Source of the DNA: Narcine bancroftii
Taxonomy: Eukaryota
Length of the DNA: 64,000 nt
Direction: 5' to 3'
NCBI RefSeq assembly: GCF_036971445.1
Contig: NC_091478.1
Location: forward strand, 85,312,001-85,376,000
The translations under genes were made by a program, and so were the position numbers. Below are positions 26,503 to 39,977 of the stretch, one piece after another. The notes below the pieces were generated by a model that had not been told where the DNA came from, made no database searches, and saw nothing but the letters and a program-made list of their open reading frames with translations. The first letter of the stretch is position 1; every line of letters begins with the position of its first letter.

Positions 26503-27319
26503 TAAATGTAAAGCACTTCAGAACATTATCACCAAAGGGAAATCCTATCTTGTAAGCTTCATTTTAGATATTATTAAACAGAACAATGCTGCGGTCGGTG
26601 GCAAGCTATGCATTCATACTGTCCAAACTGCAACAGTGTCAATGATGCTACTGGGCCAATCTAAGCCAAGCAGGAGCCCTTTAGATCACAAATACAAATT
26701 AGAAACTAATGTGGACACCTTGTTCAATTCAGCATCATTAACTGCCATTACTTTCTAGTTCCCACGATTCACAACAGCATGATTTAAAAAAAACAGGCCA
26801 GATACAATGGAAATTTTTAAATCATTTTTATAATCTGGATATTGCTGGCAACCTTACAGTTACTGCCCTTCTCTCAAAGCACCCGAGATGATGGTGGAGA
26901 GTCCTTTATTTCTGTTGCCCCCTCAGACTCTAACATGTGCTCTTCTGTGTTGGTGTGCAAATTGCACGTGATGCAAAGTCAGACCTCAATATTATTGCAC
27001 AGGAGGAAACTGAATGCACAATTCCCGTGTGGAAGACCAGGTTATCAAATTTTCATTAGCCAGGAAATGCATGGAAGTAAGTAATCTTACTTATCAGGTT
27101 CTGAGAAACTTCGACTAATCAAAATACCTAAATAAATGTTGAGTCTTGCTTTAAAAAAAAATCATCTGAACAAGACGATCCGTCAGTATCAGCATCATTA
27201 ACATACAAGTGAGGTGGTGTACGAGTCTCGTGGATCTCCTCTGTCAGAGGCAATTGCTCAGAATCTGATTTAGTTTATTCAGAGTTTTCCAGACACTCAA
27301 CGCAACTCGTTCACGCTGC

Positions 27320-27991
27320 AAGTTAATAAAATATGTTTAAAAGGGGGAATGAGATTAGGTAGTTTAGGTCACATCACAAGCAAACATCACATTAGAGAAA
27401 CAGAAAAAGAGAGGGAGAGAAATAAAAAGCTGCTGCAGTTGGTGAAAGGCTGGGAAAGTGAAAAGCCTGCTAAAGACCCCATTTCAAGACTTCAGCCTAT
27501 TCGAAACTTCTGTCATGGCTGGTTGTTGTGTTTCTTGTGAACTAGGGGAAAAGCGGTAACCTGGAAGGCGGCACATTTTTTCAGAAAAACACCGGTTCAC
27601 GATTGGAGGAAATCAGTTTGCTTGTCGAACAAACAACAAACCCACCAAAGACCTTCCTGACTGGTAACAACTTAAGTTAAGGCACCAGAGCCTGTTGAAT
27701 GTAATGACTGTTTAATTCTGTGCACAGCACTGAAAACTGCCTGATACCAGAAAACCTGGAGACGTGAACAGTAAAGGACTGGACTGTGAAAAAGAACCAT
27801 CTTGAATGCACGCACACATACACACACGTGCTTAGAATTAGAAGGGGGGAGGGGGCTAGGTAACTTAATAGTGATAAGTTAAATATTGATCTTATTCTGT
27901 ATTAAGAAAATAAAAACAAATTTTGTTTAAGTAACCATTGTCTTGGTGAATTTCTGTTGTTGCTGGTTTTTGAGTCCTTAGAGTTCATCAC
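27320..27991 (+). mobile_element. Solo LTR-like element
   Basis: AATAAA near the 3' end, terminal ...TCACA, short (CA)n inside; boundaries approximate. Confidence 0.35.
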
Positions 27992-28486
27992 AATGCCAAT
28001 TAAAATGCTGGCCTGAGCTGTCCCATGAGCCTGTGTGTGGCCCATAATTCTCTAAACTATTCCTAATCTTTTGATGACACGTGAAACCATTCAGCCCATC
28101 AAGTCTATTGTAGCTCCCAATAGAGCAATCCATTAATCCCATTTCCTCCTCCTCATTCCCTGAACCCCAAATTTATTCCTTTACAAATATGCTGATAAAC
28201 TCCCCTTCAACCTGTTTTTTTTTTGCTATGAAGTTACACGAAAGGGGAGATTATGGTAGCCAATTAGCATACCAACGTGACTCGGTGAAACTGGAGCACC
28301 CCGAGTAAGCCCATGTGATCGCGGAGAGAATGTGCAAATGCTGCACAGATGACATCCAAGCTCAGCTCTCTGCAGCTGTGAGAATTCAGCACTAATTACT
28401 GCACCACCACCAGATATCTCACATTGAAATAGTTCTCTCCTCCTCATGACCAAAGGTTCAAAGAGAGAATCCCTTCAGAGATACTA

Positions 28487-28878
28487 GCCTCTTAAACTCC
28501 AGCACCTGGGTAGCCCTCCAGGGACCCAGGTGCAATTAATGGGGCAAAGGTGCACCTTTTAAATTGCAGGGGGAATCAACCCATTAAATCGCCAACCCGA
28601 GAATTTAAGGAGGAAATCCCGCCCCCCGCAAGGATGCGTCACGTACTCACCGGAAGTTCTGCGAGATGTTCAAATGCTAGCTGCCCAGTGACACACACAC
28701 GGAAGTGCTGACGTCACCAGAATAAGGGGGTCAGCCTCTTTTGTTTTCAAATCACCTGTGGATGAGACCTAGGTAAGTTTAACTGGGTTCCCTGACTACG
28801 AGGTAGGCCAGGGACCTAGTTGGATTCCGACGGGGTTGAACGTGTCAGACCTTTTCTAACTGCTGTGAAACTGGGGCG
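28487..28878. mobile_element. CpG-rich MITE-like element (PIF/Harbinger-like)
   Basis: Imperfect inverted ends and internal palindromes (CTGGGT..CC / GGACCCAG); GC-rich island within an AT-rich intron. Confidence 0.4.
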
Positions 28879-29274
28879 CTAACCAGGCACCATGGCAGTT
28901 TGAAAGGGCCCACTGAGGCTCATGCCACCTCTGCAACCACACAGACCCCTGGTCGATCCATTGGTAACCAGAGCTCCAGACCCAAACTTCCAGCACGACC
29001 AGTGCCCGAGGCCCTTTTGGAGCCCATCTTGTCCCTCAGCACCCTCAAGGATTCCAGTTCCAATACTGATACCTGGTTCCCATGAGTAAGTCTCCAGCAA
29101 ACCGCAGCCTGTGTGGGTCCTTCAGCTGCTGAGCCCCCTTGCTAGTCAGCTGCTGTTGTCACAGTCCTGTAGGGTCATCTCCTCTGCTTCTCCTTCTCAA
29201 TGGAGGTGCTCTCCTCATTTTTGGTGTTTTGCGCCAGTCCGCTGCTACCCCAGAGTCAATTTTATTATTAACGG

Positions 29275-29436
29275 NNNNNNNNNNNNNNNNNNNNNNNNNN
29301 NNNNNNNNNNNNNNNNNNNNNNNNNNNNNNNNNNNNNNNNNNNNNNNNNNNNNNNNNNNNNNNNNNNNNNNNNNNNNNNNNNNNNNNNNNNNNNNNNNNN
29401 NNNNNNNNNNNNNNNNNNNNNNNNNNNNNNNNNNNN
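29275..29436. other. Assembly gap (N run)
   Basis: 162 N. Confidence 0.99.
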
Positions 29437-29499
29437 CCAACAATCCACCTCAAACTCCGATTATGAGCACAGGAAAACATAAAAGCAAAGATGACGAGA

Positions 29500-30590
29500 T
29501 AATCAGACAGGACGGAATTCTGAAAGCAATAGATCAAAGAGACTTGGGAGCCCTCATGTAGGATTCTCGCAGGTTGAGTCGGTAGAAAGGAAGACAAATG
29601 CAATGTTAGCACTCATTTCAAGAGGACCAAAATATAACAAAAATATAATGCTGAGGCTTCACAAGGCATTTAACAGATCACATTTTAAGGACTGAGGGCA
29701 GGTTTGGGACGCATAGCAGAATCAGAATTTATTGCCATGAACAATAATGCACAAAATGTCAGGCAGTGTCTTTGGTTCACTGATTATTCAGAAATCTGAT
29801 GGCAGCGGGAAGAAGCTGTCCTTGTGTTGTTAAGTGCTCGTCTTTAGGTTCCTGTACCTTCCCCCCCACCTCCCCCCCGATGGTATTAGAGTGAAGAGGG
29901 CGTGACTGGGTGGTGGGGATCTTTGAGGATGGAAGCTGCTTTTTTTTTTTAAAGACACCGCCTCCTGTAGATATCCTCGATGGAGTGAAATCCGGTGTCC
30001 GTGAAGCTGCAGGCCAAGTTAACAACCCTCTGGAGTTAATTCTTGTCTTGAAAGTTGGCCCCTCCATACCAGGCAATGATGCAACCAGCCAGAATGCTCT
30101 CCATGGTATACCGGTAGAAGTTTACAGGAAGGATGCAATGGCATTGGAGTGGGTCCAGAGGAGGTATACAAGATCAGTCCTTGGGATGAGATGATTAACA
30201 TTTGAGCAATTTAATGGCTCTGGGACTGTACTCACAAATTTAGAAAGATGAGGGGAGAAAATCTCATTGAAACATATCGAATATTGAAAGGCTAGATAGA
30301 GTGGAGTCGTGGGATACTCCAAATCCAGAGGGCACAGCCTCAGAATAAAAGGACATCCCTTTGGAACAAAGATGAGAAGAAATTTCTTCAGGTGGAGGGT
30401 GGCAAATCTGTGGAATTCATTGCCACAGACAGCTATGGAAGTCAAGCTGGAAGTAGATTGGTTCTTGATTAGGAAAGGAATTAAAGGTATGGGGAGAAGG
30501 CAGGAAAATAGCTTTGAAAAGATACATTAGCCATGATTTGAAATGGCAAATGGCAAAGCAGACTCAAAGGGCTGAATGTTGCATGGTCTT
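29500..30590 (+). mobile_element. CR1 LINE 3' region with an embedded minus-strand Rex1/L2-like fragment (~29717-30120)
   Basis: RKDAMALEWVQRRYT, RGHSLRIKG..RRNFF..RVANLWNSLP (CR1 C-terminus); the insert begins AGAATCAGAATTTATTG. Confidence 0.8.
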
Positions 30591-31719
30591 GTACTTTAAG
30601 CTGAACATTGTTGTGTAAACATTTGTATCAACCCATCAGATTGCAATAGAGGGCAATCAGAAAATATTTTGCTTCAGGCAAGGGAAATCTCTGGTTATTG
30701 GAAGTGCATTCAGTAAATTTTTGTTTTTATTATGCAAAGTCAATCAACCTTTCCCTTTCTAGTTTCACAGTGACATTTCTGCCCAACTCCTTGCTCAGCG
30801 ACGACTTTGACTTAGTTCAATGGCACTGAAGAGTTTTAAACATTAACAGCACATTTCAAGTGTTTTTGTCCCCAGAGCGTACACCTCAATTTCACTCCAC
30901 ACTTTCTTCTTTTCATATCCTCATGGTTAATGATATTGCCGAAAGGCAAAGGGTCATCTTTGCTACCGTATATAGCAACATCCAGTTCCATCTCTCCCCA
31001 CACCCTGAACTCGGTTGTACCCGACTGCCTGGTCGGCATTATGGAGGCAGACAATTCCATAATTTAGCATTGGGAAAGCAAATGTCATCCCTGTTAATAT
31101 CTCACCAAATAGCAGCACCCTGATATTGATACTTCATGTTCATCTTGGTTTTCAATGATCAGAATTGGTGTTTAGGTCATAGGATGAGATCACCTCCAGG
31201 TTGAGGAACAGCTTCTTCCCATGGGGCAGTGAGAATATGGACTAGCCAAAGGATCCGACACTCTCAGTACAAAGTGGTACTTTTTTTAAAAAAATAGATA
31301 AGATACCTGTCCTGTATAGTATTATTTGTCTGTATGTGTGTTCTATCTGGTGGTGTGTCTGCGTGTTTTTGCACCGAGGACTAGAGAAGGCGGGTTGGAC
31401 AATCCGATGAGAATAAAGGTTTGAAGAAAGTTATTCTGACTTCCTGACTCAACACGCCGCCAAGATTCCCCGAATACAAACAGCAACTTGTGCAAACTCT
31501 CCCATCATATTCAAACTTTTATTTTGGACTCTTGCCTCCGATAACTCTCAAAACTTTTTTTAAAAATTCCCAACATCAAATTAAAATCCAAGAGTTGTCC
31601 CAGGGCCTAAATCGAAAGCACATGGCAAGCCCCCCCACCCCAACCCCAACCCCAACCCAACCTGGGACAGACCGCTTTTGGCTCAATTCTCCTCCAAAAC
31701 TGAAGGAGACTCAGACCTT

Positions 31720-32560
31720 TGCTCCAAACGCCGCTTTTCACGCCAGGTGGGGGGGGGGGGGGGGGGTGGCGCAGATGCCAAGCTTCAAAATGAATGAGGT
31801 CGAAGTAATAAGGTGTTTGGGGGAGGGATCATCAACTCCAGGAGTAGAGCTTCTACACTTACTTTTTCAAGTAAATCTCCGGGCGGCGAGACGTCCCCCT
31901 CCTCTCCCATCTCCTCCTCCTCCTCCTCCTCTTCCACCACCAGCCTCCTGCTGGGGTTATTCGACTGGCCAAGCGGGGAAAACTGGGACCGAGCAAATTT
32001 GCTGTTCTTCCTTTTGCCCATGTTGCTTCCCTTTCGGTCCGACCCTCGCTTTGCATCAAGTCCACCAACGCTGGCCGTCCAGCTCAAGCCCCGGACCACG
32101 CGCACTCCACGTCGGGGGGGGCCGGCGGCCGCCTGGACGTCACGACCGGGGAGGAGACACGCAGCCGAAGTGGCCGCTTGCACAAGGACGCAAGCGCTTC
32201 TGATTTGCAATGAAGCAGGTTTGCTGGCCAAGTGCACGCACGGGGTCTTCATTGCCCGTTCTGCATAACGTCAACAGTTATCGCTGAGCACGGAGCCCGA
32301 TGGGGGAATCAGCTCCGGTGATTTGACTCAGTGGCGTTTGGATACATTTAAAGTGATGCCATCGAATCAGCCTGTTACGAACTGAACCAAATCACCCACG
32401 AAGGGCCACGGACGCACGAGTGCAAGAGAAACGCTCAGCAGGGCACGCAGCAGCCGTGGGAAGGAAAGGATGGACCCACGTTTCGGACCTGCTCCTTCCG
32501 TCGGATCTAACCCAGGACATCGGTTACCCTTTACTTCGTGCCCTGCTGAGTTTCTCCAGC
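31720..32560 (-). promoter_or_regulatory. HEATR3 CpG-island promoter / 5'UTR
   Basis: Locally high GC and CpG density around exon 1; GACGTCA (CRE-like) near 32137 and TGACTCA (AP-1) near 32325. Confidence 0.7.
31863..32021 (-). CDS. HEATR3: HEATR3 coding exon 1 (159 nt, start codon)
   Basis: MGKRKNSKFARSQFSPLG...EEEEEEEE...GDLLEK then GTAAGT donor; matches the HEATR3/Syo1 N-terminus (MGK...QFSP...LLEK); lies in a CpG-rich region. Confidence 0.95.
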
Positions 32561-32619
32561 AGGTTTCGAGTATTGCACTCGATCCCAGTATCTGCAGACT
32601 TTCTTAAACCCCGAGAACA

Positions 32620-34040
32620 TCACAGAACAGAAAGCAGACCCTTCTAGTCCGTGACGAACTCTTAATCTGCCTCACCCCACTGACCTGCACCTACTCCATA
32701 GCCCTGCACACCCCTCCCACCCTGACCCCTGTCCAAATTCTTCTTAAATGTTAAAACGGAGCACACATTGACCACTTCAGCTTTCAGTTCATTCCACACT
32801 CCCACTACTCTGTGTCAAGAAGTTCCCCTAAACATTTCCCCTTTCACCCTTAACCCATGTCCTGTTTTGTATCTCACCTAACCTCAGTAGAAAAAGCCTA
32901 CTTACATTTATTGTTAATACCCCTTGTCATTTTGAATACCTCTATCAAATCTCCCTTCATGATTCTCCTTATCTGTTTAACCTTTTCCCATAACTCAGTA
33001 CCTGGTCCGACCAACATCCTCATAAATCTCTGCATTTTTTTCAATCTTACTGGTATCTTTCTTGTCGTTAGGTGACCAAAACTGCACACATTACTCCAAA
33101 TTTGCCCTCACCAATTCTTGGACAACTTTACCATAACATCCCAACTCCTATGCTTAATTCTTTGATTGATGAAGGTTAAAATGCTAAAAGCTCCTTTACA
33201 ACCCTATATACCCATGACACCACTTTCAGGGAATTATGAAACTGTATTCCCAATCCCCCTGTTCTTCCACACTTCTCCGTGTCCTACCTCGGTTTATCCT
33301 TCCAAAATGCAACACCTCACACTTGTCTGCATTAAATTCTATTTGCCATTTTCAACCGGTGTAGATCCCTCTGCAAGCTTTGAAAGCCTTCATCGTTCTC
33401 CATGACAGCTCCAATCTTTGTCATCTGCAAACTTGCTGATCCAATTGATCATGTTATCATCCAGATCATGGATATAGATGACAAAGAACATTGGTTCCAG
33501 CACTGATCCCTGAGGCATACCACTAGTCCAGCCTGAGAAGCAATTAACCACTATCACTCTCTGCCTTCTCCCATAGAGCCAACGTAGAATCCAGTTTACT
33601 ACACCATGAAAACCAAGCATCTGAACCTTGTTGACAAAGCACCCATGTAGGACCTTGTCAAAGGCCTTACCCAAGTCCATGTGACAACATCCTTCATTAA
33701 CCTTCCTGGCAACTTCCCCCAAAAACTCATTGGTAAAATATAATCGACCATGCACAAAGTCATGTTGACTTTCCTAATCAGTCCCTGTCTATCTAAATAC
33801 ATGTTCATTTGATCTCTTAGAACACCCTCTAATAATTTACCTACTACTGACATCAGACTCACTGTCTTATAATTTCCTGGATTACTTTTGGATCCTTTTT
33901 TAAACAGAATATGAGCTGCTCTCCAATCCTCCAGCACCACACCTGTGGCTCAGCACATTTTAATTATTTCTGCCACAGCCCCTGCAATTTCTACACAAGC
34001 CTCCCTCAAGGTTCGAGGGAATATCTCACTTCTCTCAGCT
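32620..34040 (-). mobile_element. CR1 LINE RT/3' remnant (its more 5' part resumes at ~38395-38660)
   Basis: EDWRAAH..LFKKGSKSNPGNY..VSLMSVVGKLLE, DLGKAFDKVLH, SGMPQGSVL, ISKFADD. Confidence 0.9.
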
Positions 34041-34164
34041 TCCCTCCTGATTTCCTTCTTGTCTTATCTTGCATTTTTTTTAATCCTCTGCAAGGTCAAG
34101 ATTCCATTATTGTCACATAATACAACATTTAGAATGTAACATACATGAAATTCTTTGTCCACTG

Positions 34165-37100
34165 CAAGAAATTTGGATTGGGTCAAACATTTATTAATTG
34201 GATGAGGACACTACTATAAACCTCAAGCTAAAATTATTACAAATGGACAGATGTCTCCAGTGTTTCCATTGAGCAGGTCCAGAAGATAGGTCTATCCATT
34301 GTCTCCAGCACTGTTCATACGAGCCATTGAGCTGCCATATGGCAGGATCCAGACATAAAGGGGTTCATGGTGGGTCAGATAGAACACAAAATCAATCTTT
34401 CTGCTGTCAATGTGTTAGTATATTTGACAGGTCTCTGGAGACAGGGTCGTAGGCCAGACTAAGGACCACACTGGAGAAATATGGTACAAGGCAAATCTGG
34501 ACAAAAGTAGGATTATGCCATTGACAAATGAGGATTATAGACAATATCAACAGGGAAGTCCATTTAAGTGGCTGCAAGAAGGCATTAAATATCTGAGGAT
34601 AAAATATGGCAAAGATTTAGGTAACTTATACAAACTTAATCATCTTCCTTTGCTCCGGAAGATTGAGGAGGACCTTGCTAGATGGAGGACTCTGCCCATA
34701 ACCCTGGTGGACACCGTGTCAGAAAGAAGGTGATGCCAAGGCTCCAGTATCTTTTTTAATCATTACCCATTTCATTGCCCTAGGGCTTTTTAAAGATGCT
34801 CAAAGAATGTGTAAGAAAGTTCCTGCAGAGCAGTAAAGTGGCTAGAATCTCCATGGAATAATTGATATGGGACTACAATGGGGGGGCGAGGGTGGGGGGA
34901 GGGGGTTAAAATTACCTGATTTTTTAAAAAATTACTGAGAAGTCCAGGCAAGGTTTATCAAGAGGGAGACAACCCCCCCCCCCCCCCCACACACACACAC
35001 CATGGGTACAAATTGGTATATATGTATAGCAGGAGAATTTATACAAAAGTCAGATATCAAATTATTCTCAAAGAAAAAGGATAACCCCAAATTAAAGCTC
35101 ATACTTCAGACATGGCAAAGAATAACTTAATGTATTGGATGGAAGGTGGGGATATCTCCCAAAATGCCTTTGACTCAATCATTTAATACCCTTGACTCTG
35201 GATAATAAAATCCTGGGCACCTGGTGCCTGAAAGGGATCAGGTGTATTGAGGATTGTTACATGTGAGGGCAGCTGACATCATTTGAGCAGTTGAGGAACA
35301 AATATGATTTGTCTAATAGAATATTCTTCTGTTATCTGCAAATAAAATTTTTCTTAAGAGAAAAATTGGGACCATCCATGACCCTACCTAATAGTGGTGA
35401 CATGGAGATTCTAATTCAAAAGGGGAATGTGTGTAAATTTATCTCTAAGATTTCAAAGTGAGGGCCTGAAGCCAGGCTTACGCAAGTCGAGGGAGAGATA
35501 GGAGTCGGATTTGGGCACAATTAATGAAGAGTGGTGCCAAGACCTGTATCTGGACAGTGCAACAGGGGTCATTAACAATTTCTTGCACCAGCTGTACCTC
35601 ACACCACAAAAATTACATAAATGAAAGCCAGAAATTTCAGAAATGTGCTTTATGTGTGGTATGGAGATTGAAACCTTTGTCCACTCCACCTGGCTATGTA
35701 CATGGGTAAGATCCTACTGGAAGGACCTGGAGGACACACTGAAAAAAAATTGCAGAAGTGGATTTTTCACAGGATCTGGAGTTGTACCTTCTGGGAGATA
35801 TTAGGAACGCGAGTTTTAGACTGTCCAAGTACCAAATTCACTTTGTAAAGGTCATCTTGTTGGTAGTCAGGAAGTGTATAGTGATTACGTGGAAGTCTGA
35901 TTCCCAATTAAATACCACGTGATAGAATATGGAAATGCAGAGTTGCATTCCCCAGAGAAAATCATGTACAATCTAACTAGAAAATATGGCCCATTCATGA
36001 GAGTGTGACAACCCTATTTAAAATGCATTGGTACGCAGATTTGACTATTACCCCCCCCCCCCCCACCAATTTCGAAATATGGGTAATGTGTAACAACTAT
36101 TCCAGTAGACCTACTAAATGAATTCACCAGATACAATATTAGTCAGCAAACGCCCTCTATTTAAATTTACCTCCTCTTAAATCCCTTCCAGCCTAGACAC
36201 CCGGGACCAGAAGTGACATCATCTCTGCCTGCAGCTCACCTGCAGGATGCGTGTCTTAAAGTAAAAAGACGGGAGCCCCATGCCATCTTGAAGGTGAGTA
36301 CCCAACTCCTCAGTGCGCCACAACCCAGCCTGCAGCACTGCACGTGCCCCCCCCCCAGCCAGGTGAGTGAGCGGCAACTAGGCCAGCGGCTGTGCAGCCA
36401 CTGGGTGAGCTGCACGAGCAACAGGTCAGCCCACTGAGCCATGCAGCTGCTCACCCCCCTCAGAATCGTCGCCCAAAAGAGATGAACCAGCTGTGCACGC
36501 CTGAGGTGGATGCCCTTGCTTCCTTGGCCGGGGGCAGTGAATAGGGGTAGTAGGGTCCACATGTGCTAGTTTGAGTCTGTCTATAATAAACAGTTGAGAA
36601 TGTCCCCCAATGTCTAAAGTGTACACAATCCCATCCCTTGCAAAGGTGTTCCTGAGGCCCGTCTATGCACGAACACAAAGTCAGTGTTTTTTTTTTACAA
36701 AGTCAGTGTTTGAGGAGAGCTGGAGGCACATACTGTTTGGAGGTACCATGCCAGTGTGTTGGAACCTGTTTTTTTTAAAAATTGTGATGTGGTGTCGAAG
36801 TTGCTGAAGCATATGCAGATCAGAAGGGCAGGAGTCAGATGAAAAGTTAATGTCACCTGGAATCGAAAGAACTGAACAGTAAACCATTTCTGCGGATGAT
36901 GCTAGCATGTCTTCCTTCAGGGCAGTGTGCACTCCTAGCAGAACCTATGGCAACTCACCTACCCAGTTGGGTCTGGTGAGTCGGGCTTTGAGCGCAGTCC
37001 TGAGTTGCTGGTGGAAACGTTCCACAAAACAGTTATTGGACTGCAGGTGGTACGCTGTGGTGTGATACAGTTGTGTGCCACAAAAGCACGCAAAGGCAGT

Positions 37101-38393
37101 CTATAATGCGGAGGTGAACTGCACTCCGCGATCTGAGGTGACGTGTGGGAACTCCAAATCTCGAGATCCAGTTGGCAGTGAATACTCTGGTGCATGTCTC
37201 AGCGTCGCTGGATGGCAATGGGATGGTCTCTGGCCGTTGTGTGAATCGGTCTATGACCTTGAGGGTGTATCTCATGTTCTGAGACACTGGCAGTGGTCCG
37301 ACCAGATCTTTATGCATATGTTTAAAGCATTGGCACACTGCTGGGAAAGACTGGAGAGGTGCTTTGGTATGCCGCTGAAATTTGGAAGTTTGGCAGTGAG
37401 TACACATCCAGGCCCACTATGTAACATCTCAAGTCCATGCCATACACATTTGATTGCCAAGAGCTTGACCGTTGCTCTGATGGAGGAGTGGGACCAGTTG
37501 CGAATTTTGTTGAAAAGGCGCCTAGCCCTCCATATTCAAAAGCCGCATGCCCAGTTTGTGCCTAGTTAATTCCAGGGTGTCCAGGAGGAAATGCCGGAAC
37601 CTGGTGTATTGGTTTTCTGCCGGGGGTGGTGAATAGGTGTAGTAGCTGCTGTCGTGGCATCCAGTACCCTGACAATACGTGAAAGCTTTGTGTCTTCATC
37701 TGTCTCAGCCTGGTTCAGCCACACTCGAGTCTGGTGAGCCCAGAAAGGGGGAAAATAATGCCCACTGCGTTAAGCCGCTGTTGTTGAGTCCATATTGACT
37801 GTGGATTTAAGCTTCGGCTATTGTAGTGACTATTCCAGTCGAGCTACTGAATGAATTCACCAAACACAGAGTTAGTCAGCAAACACCCAGGACCAGAAGT
37901 GACATCATCCCATCTGAAGGGTGCATGCTTTGTAGACGACAGGAACCCCGCGCCACCTGGATGGTGAGCATCCAACTCCTCAGTGCGCCACGACCCAGCC
38001 CACAGTGCTACATGAGCCCCCCCCCCGGCCAGGTGAGTGAGTGGTGACCAGCACGGGCAATGGTTCAGCCCACTGCACTATGTGGTCGCTCAACAACTGT
38101 AACAATTCGTCCCAGCAGGGAAATGAGTGGAATTAAGGAATTAGGACATGACACAGATGATGTGTTTTTTGCTCTTTATTAAAAATTTCTTACCTTTTGT
38201 TATTTAGTCACCCTGCTTGGTTTCCCCCCCCCCCCCCCCGGGATTTTTCTAGGTTTCTGATGTATAATCTATATGACCGTATTCTCAGTTGTATTGGGGT
38301 GGGGGTGGTAAAATGCAGACTCTGTATGTTATAGAAAGGGATTGTATTGTTTGCATTGTTTTGAGTCTATCAAAATCAAAAATATTCAAAAAA
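34165..38393 (+). mobile_element. 5'-truncated L1/Tx1 LINE (same family as 1017-5499), split by a Gypsy element
   Basis: Colinear similarity to 3410-5500 (e.g. AAGATCCTGGGCACCTG..AAGGG.ATCAGGTGTAT.GAGGATTGTTAC); 3' end AAAATATTCAAAAAA at ~38378-38393. Confidence 0.85.
36089..38095 (-). mobile_element. Internally deleted Gypsy/Ty3 LTR retrotransposon
   Basis: Two related LTRs (~36089-36453 and ~37822-38095, both starting TGTA...ACTATTCCAGT); PPT-like GAGGGGGG next to the left LTR; integrase CTHCQTSK..DLVGPLP..IDRFT..WISRFGVP; gag-like FPPFWAHQTRVW; no RT visible. Confidence 0.88.
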
Positions 38394-39971
38394 CTTTGCT
38401 CCCCTCACAGAAACCTGCAGCACCTGGTGTCCCAAGGCAGTCTCCCCAAAGTACTGACCAGTCCCAAGTCTGTTCTTTGTTGCCTATACCTGCTCTACAC
38501 CTCTCCCCATTTAATTTTGCCTTTAATCTTGACAGGAATATACAAACTCTGGATTTTGAAAATTTCACCTTTGAAGGATTTCCACTTTCCAAACATCCTT
38601 TCCAGAAAACTTACTCCAATCCTTGCTGTAGTTAAGGAATTCGTACCACCACACTTCGAAAAATCGCTATTAGACTGTCATGGTGTAAGCACAGATTTTA
38701 TGTTGAAGAGACAATGTTTTTTTTTGTAGGTAGAACAAGTAGATGGGAGAACCAGTTGAGGAGATATATCCAGAGTTTCAACAGGAATTTGATAAGTTAT
38801 AGTCCCAAAAAATTAGAATAAGCATTTAAGTGATTGAGGACAACACATCTTAGTTAATGGATTCATGAAAAGGTAGAGAAACAGGAGTAATAAAGAGAGT
38901 GACACAGGAGAATCTCTGGACATTGTGATTGCAATGGAATACACAAAGGTGCTGGAGAAACTCAGCAGGTCATACAGCATATATGGTAAAGGAACGAATT
39001 TGGATCAACAGGCCATAATGTGCAGTTAAAATACTTAATTGGGAGTATGTGTTATTTTTCTACCAATGTCCTCAAAAGTTATTTGTTTCTTCTTGTCCTT
39101 TCCACTCTTTTTCTCATCTTGGTAAGAAATGAATAAAATCCTAATTTTTTTGTGCCTGTATTCTTACACAAGTTCCCAATACAACTTCAATTTTCTTTGC
39201 ATTTAGTCTGTAGTCATATCATGTGTGCAACAGAACCTTTAAAATTTTAACTTGATTATACTGAAAGCAGAAAATAGTTTTTTTTTGTTAAATGGTGCTT
39301 TGGAAAGACATCATAAAACACGTGTTGGTGAAATTAAGACCTGCTTCAAATCCAGAGTAAGAGATCAAGGGTGCAGAGGAGGTAAAAGCTAAAAATAATT
39401 GCCACGGTATGGTTATGCAAACCTAAAAAGCAACTTATAAAGATGAAGATTTTAATTCAAGATAGGCCAACATAAGCTTTGTTTAAAAGGGCAAAAATCA
39501 AGATAGGGCAGCTGAGAAGAAAAGCATTAGTAAAATCATATACATAATGACTGTAACATCAATGTGAATTTCTATAGATTGAAAGGTAAGCAATGTGAAA
39601 GTAAAAGGAAACTGTTTAGGAGAAAAATAGAGAGCTCCACAAAATATAAATTATAACCTTCTCTTACTGAGGTTTCACCGAGTCTGAGTGAGCAGTGAAT
39701 TGAAAGAAAAATGAAGTGCAGAAGAAGGGAAAAATACAGTGAATAAGGAAACATTAAGGTTCAAAAAGTTTTGGTTGGGTCTTAAAGCAATAGGCACGAT
39801 CTTCCTGATGCTAAATGGAGGAAACAATATTTTCCACAAAAAAATTTCAGGCAAACCGCTTGGCATTTCACATCTTAAATCCCATATCCATCTAGTTATA
39901 TGGAGTATTTCAAATATACAATCAGCTCATTTAATGGTATCAATGCAGAAAAAAATATTCCATACAAATTA

Positions 39972-39977
39972 TTTATT
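39972..39977 (-). terminator. Candidate CNEP1R1 polyadenylation signal AATAAA
   Basis: AATAAA on the minus strand about 870 nt past the stop, followed by a U-rich tract; the intervening putative 3'UTR looks TE-free and AU-rich. Confidence 0.45.

Noticed and set aside
29111-29612. ORFs spanning the N gap
   Set aside because: Artefacts of translating through Ns.
32022-32252. In-frame upstream ATG giving a 77-aa N-terminal extension of HEATR3
   Set aside because: Homologues start at MGK. The open frame is expected in GC-rich promoter DNA and probably lies upstream of the TSS; 5' data would be needed.
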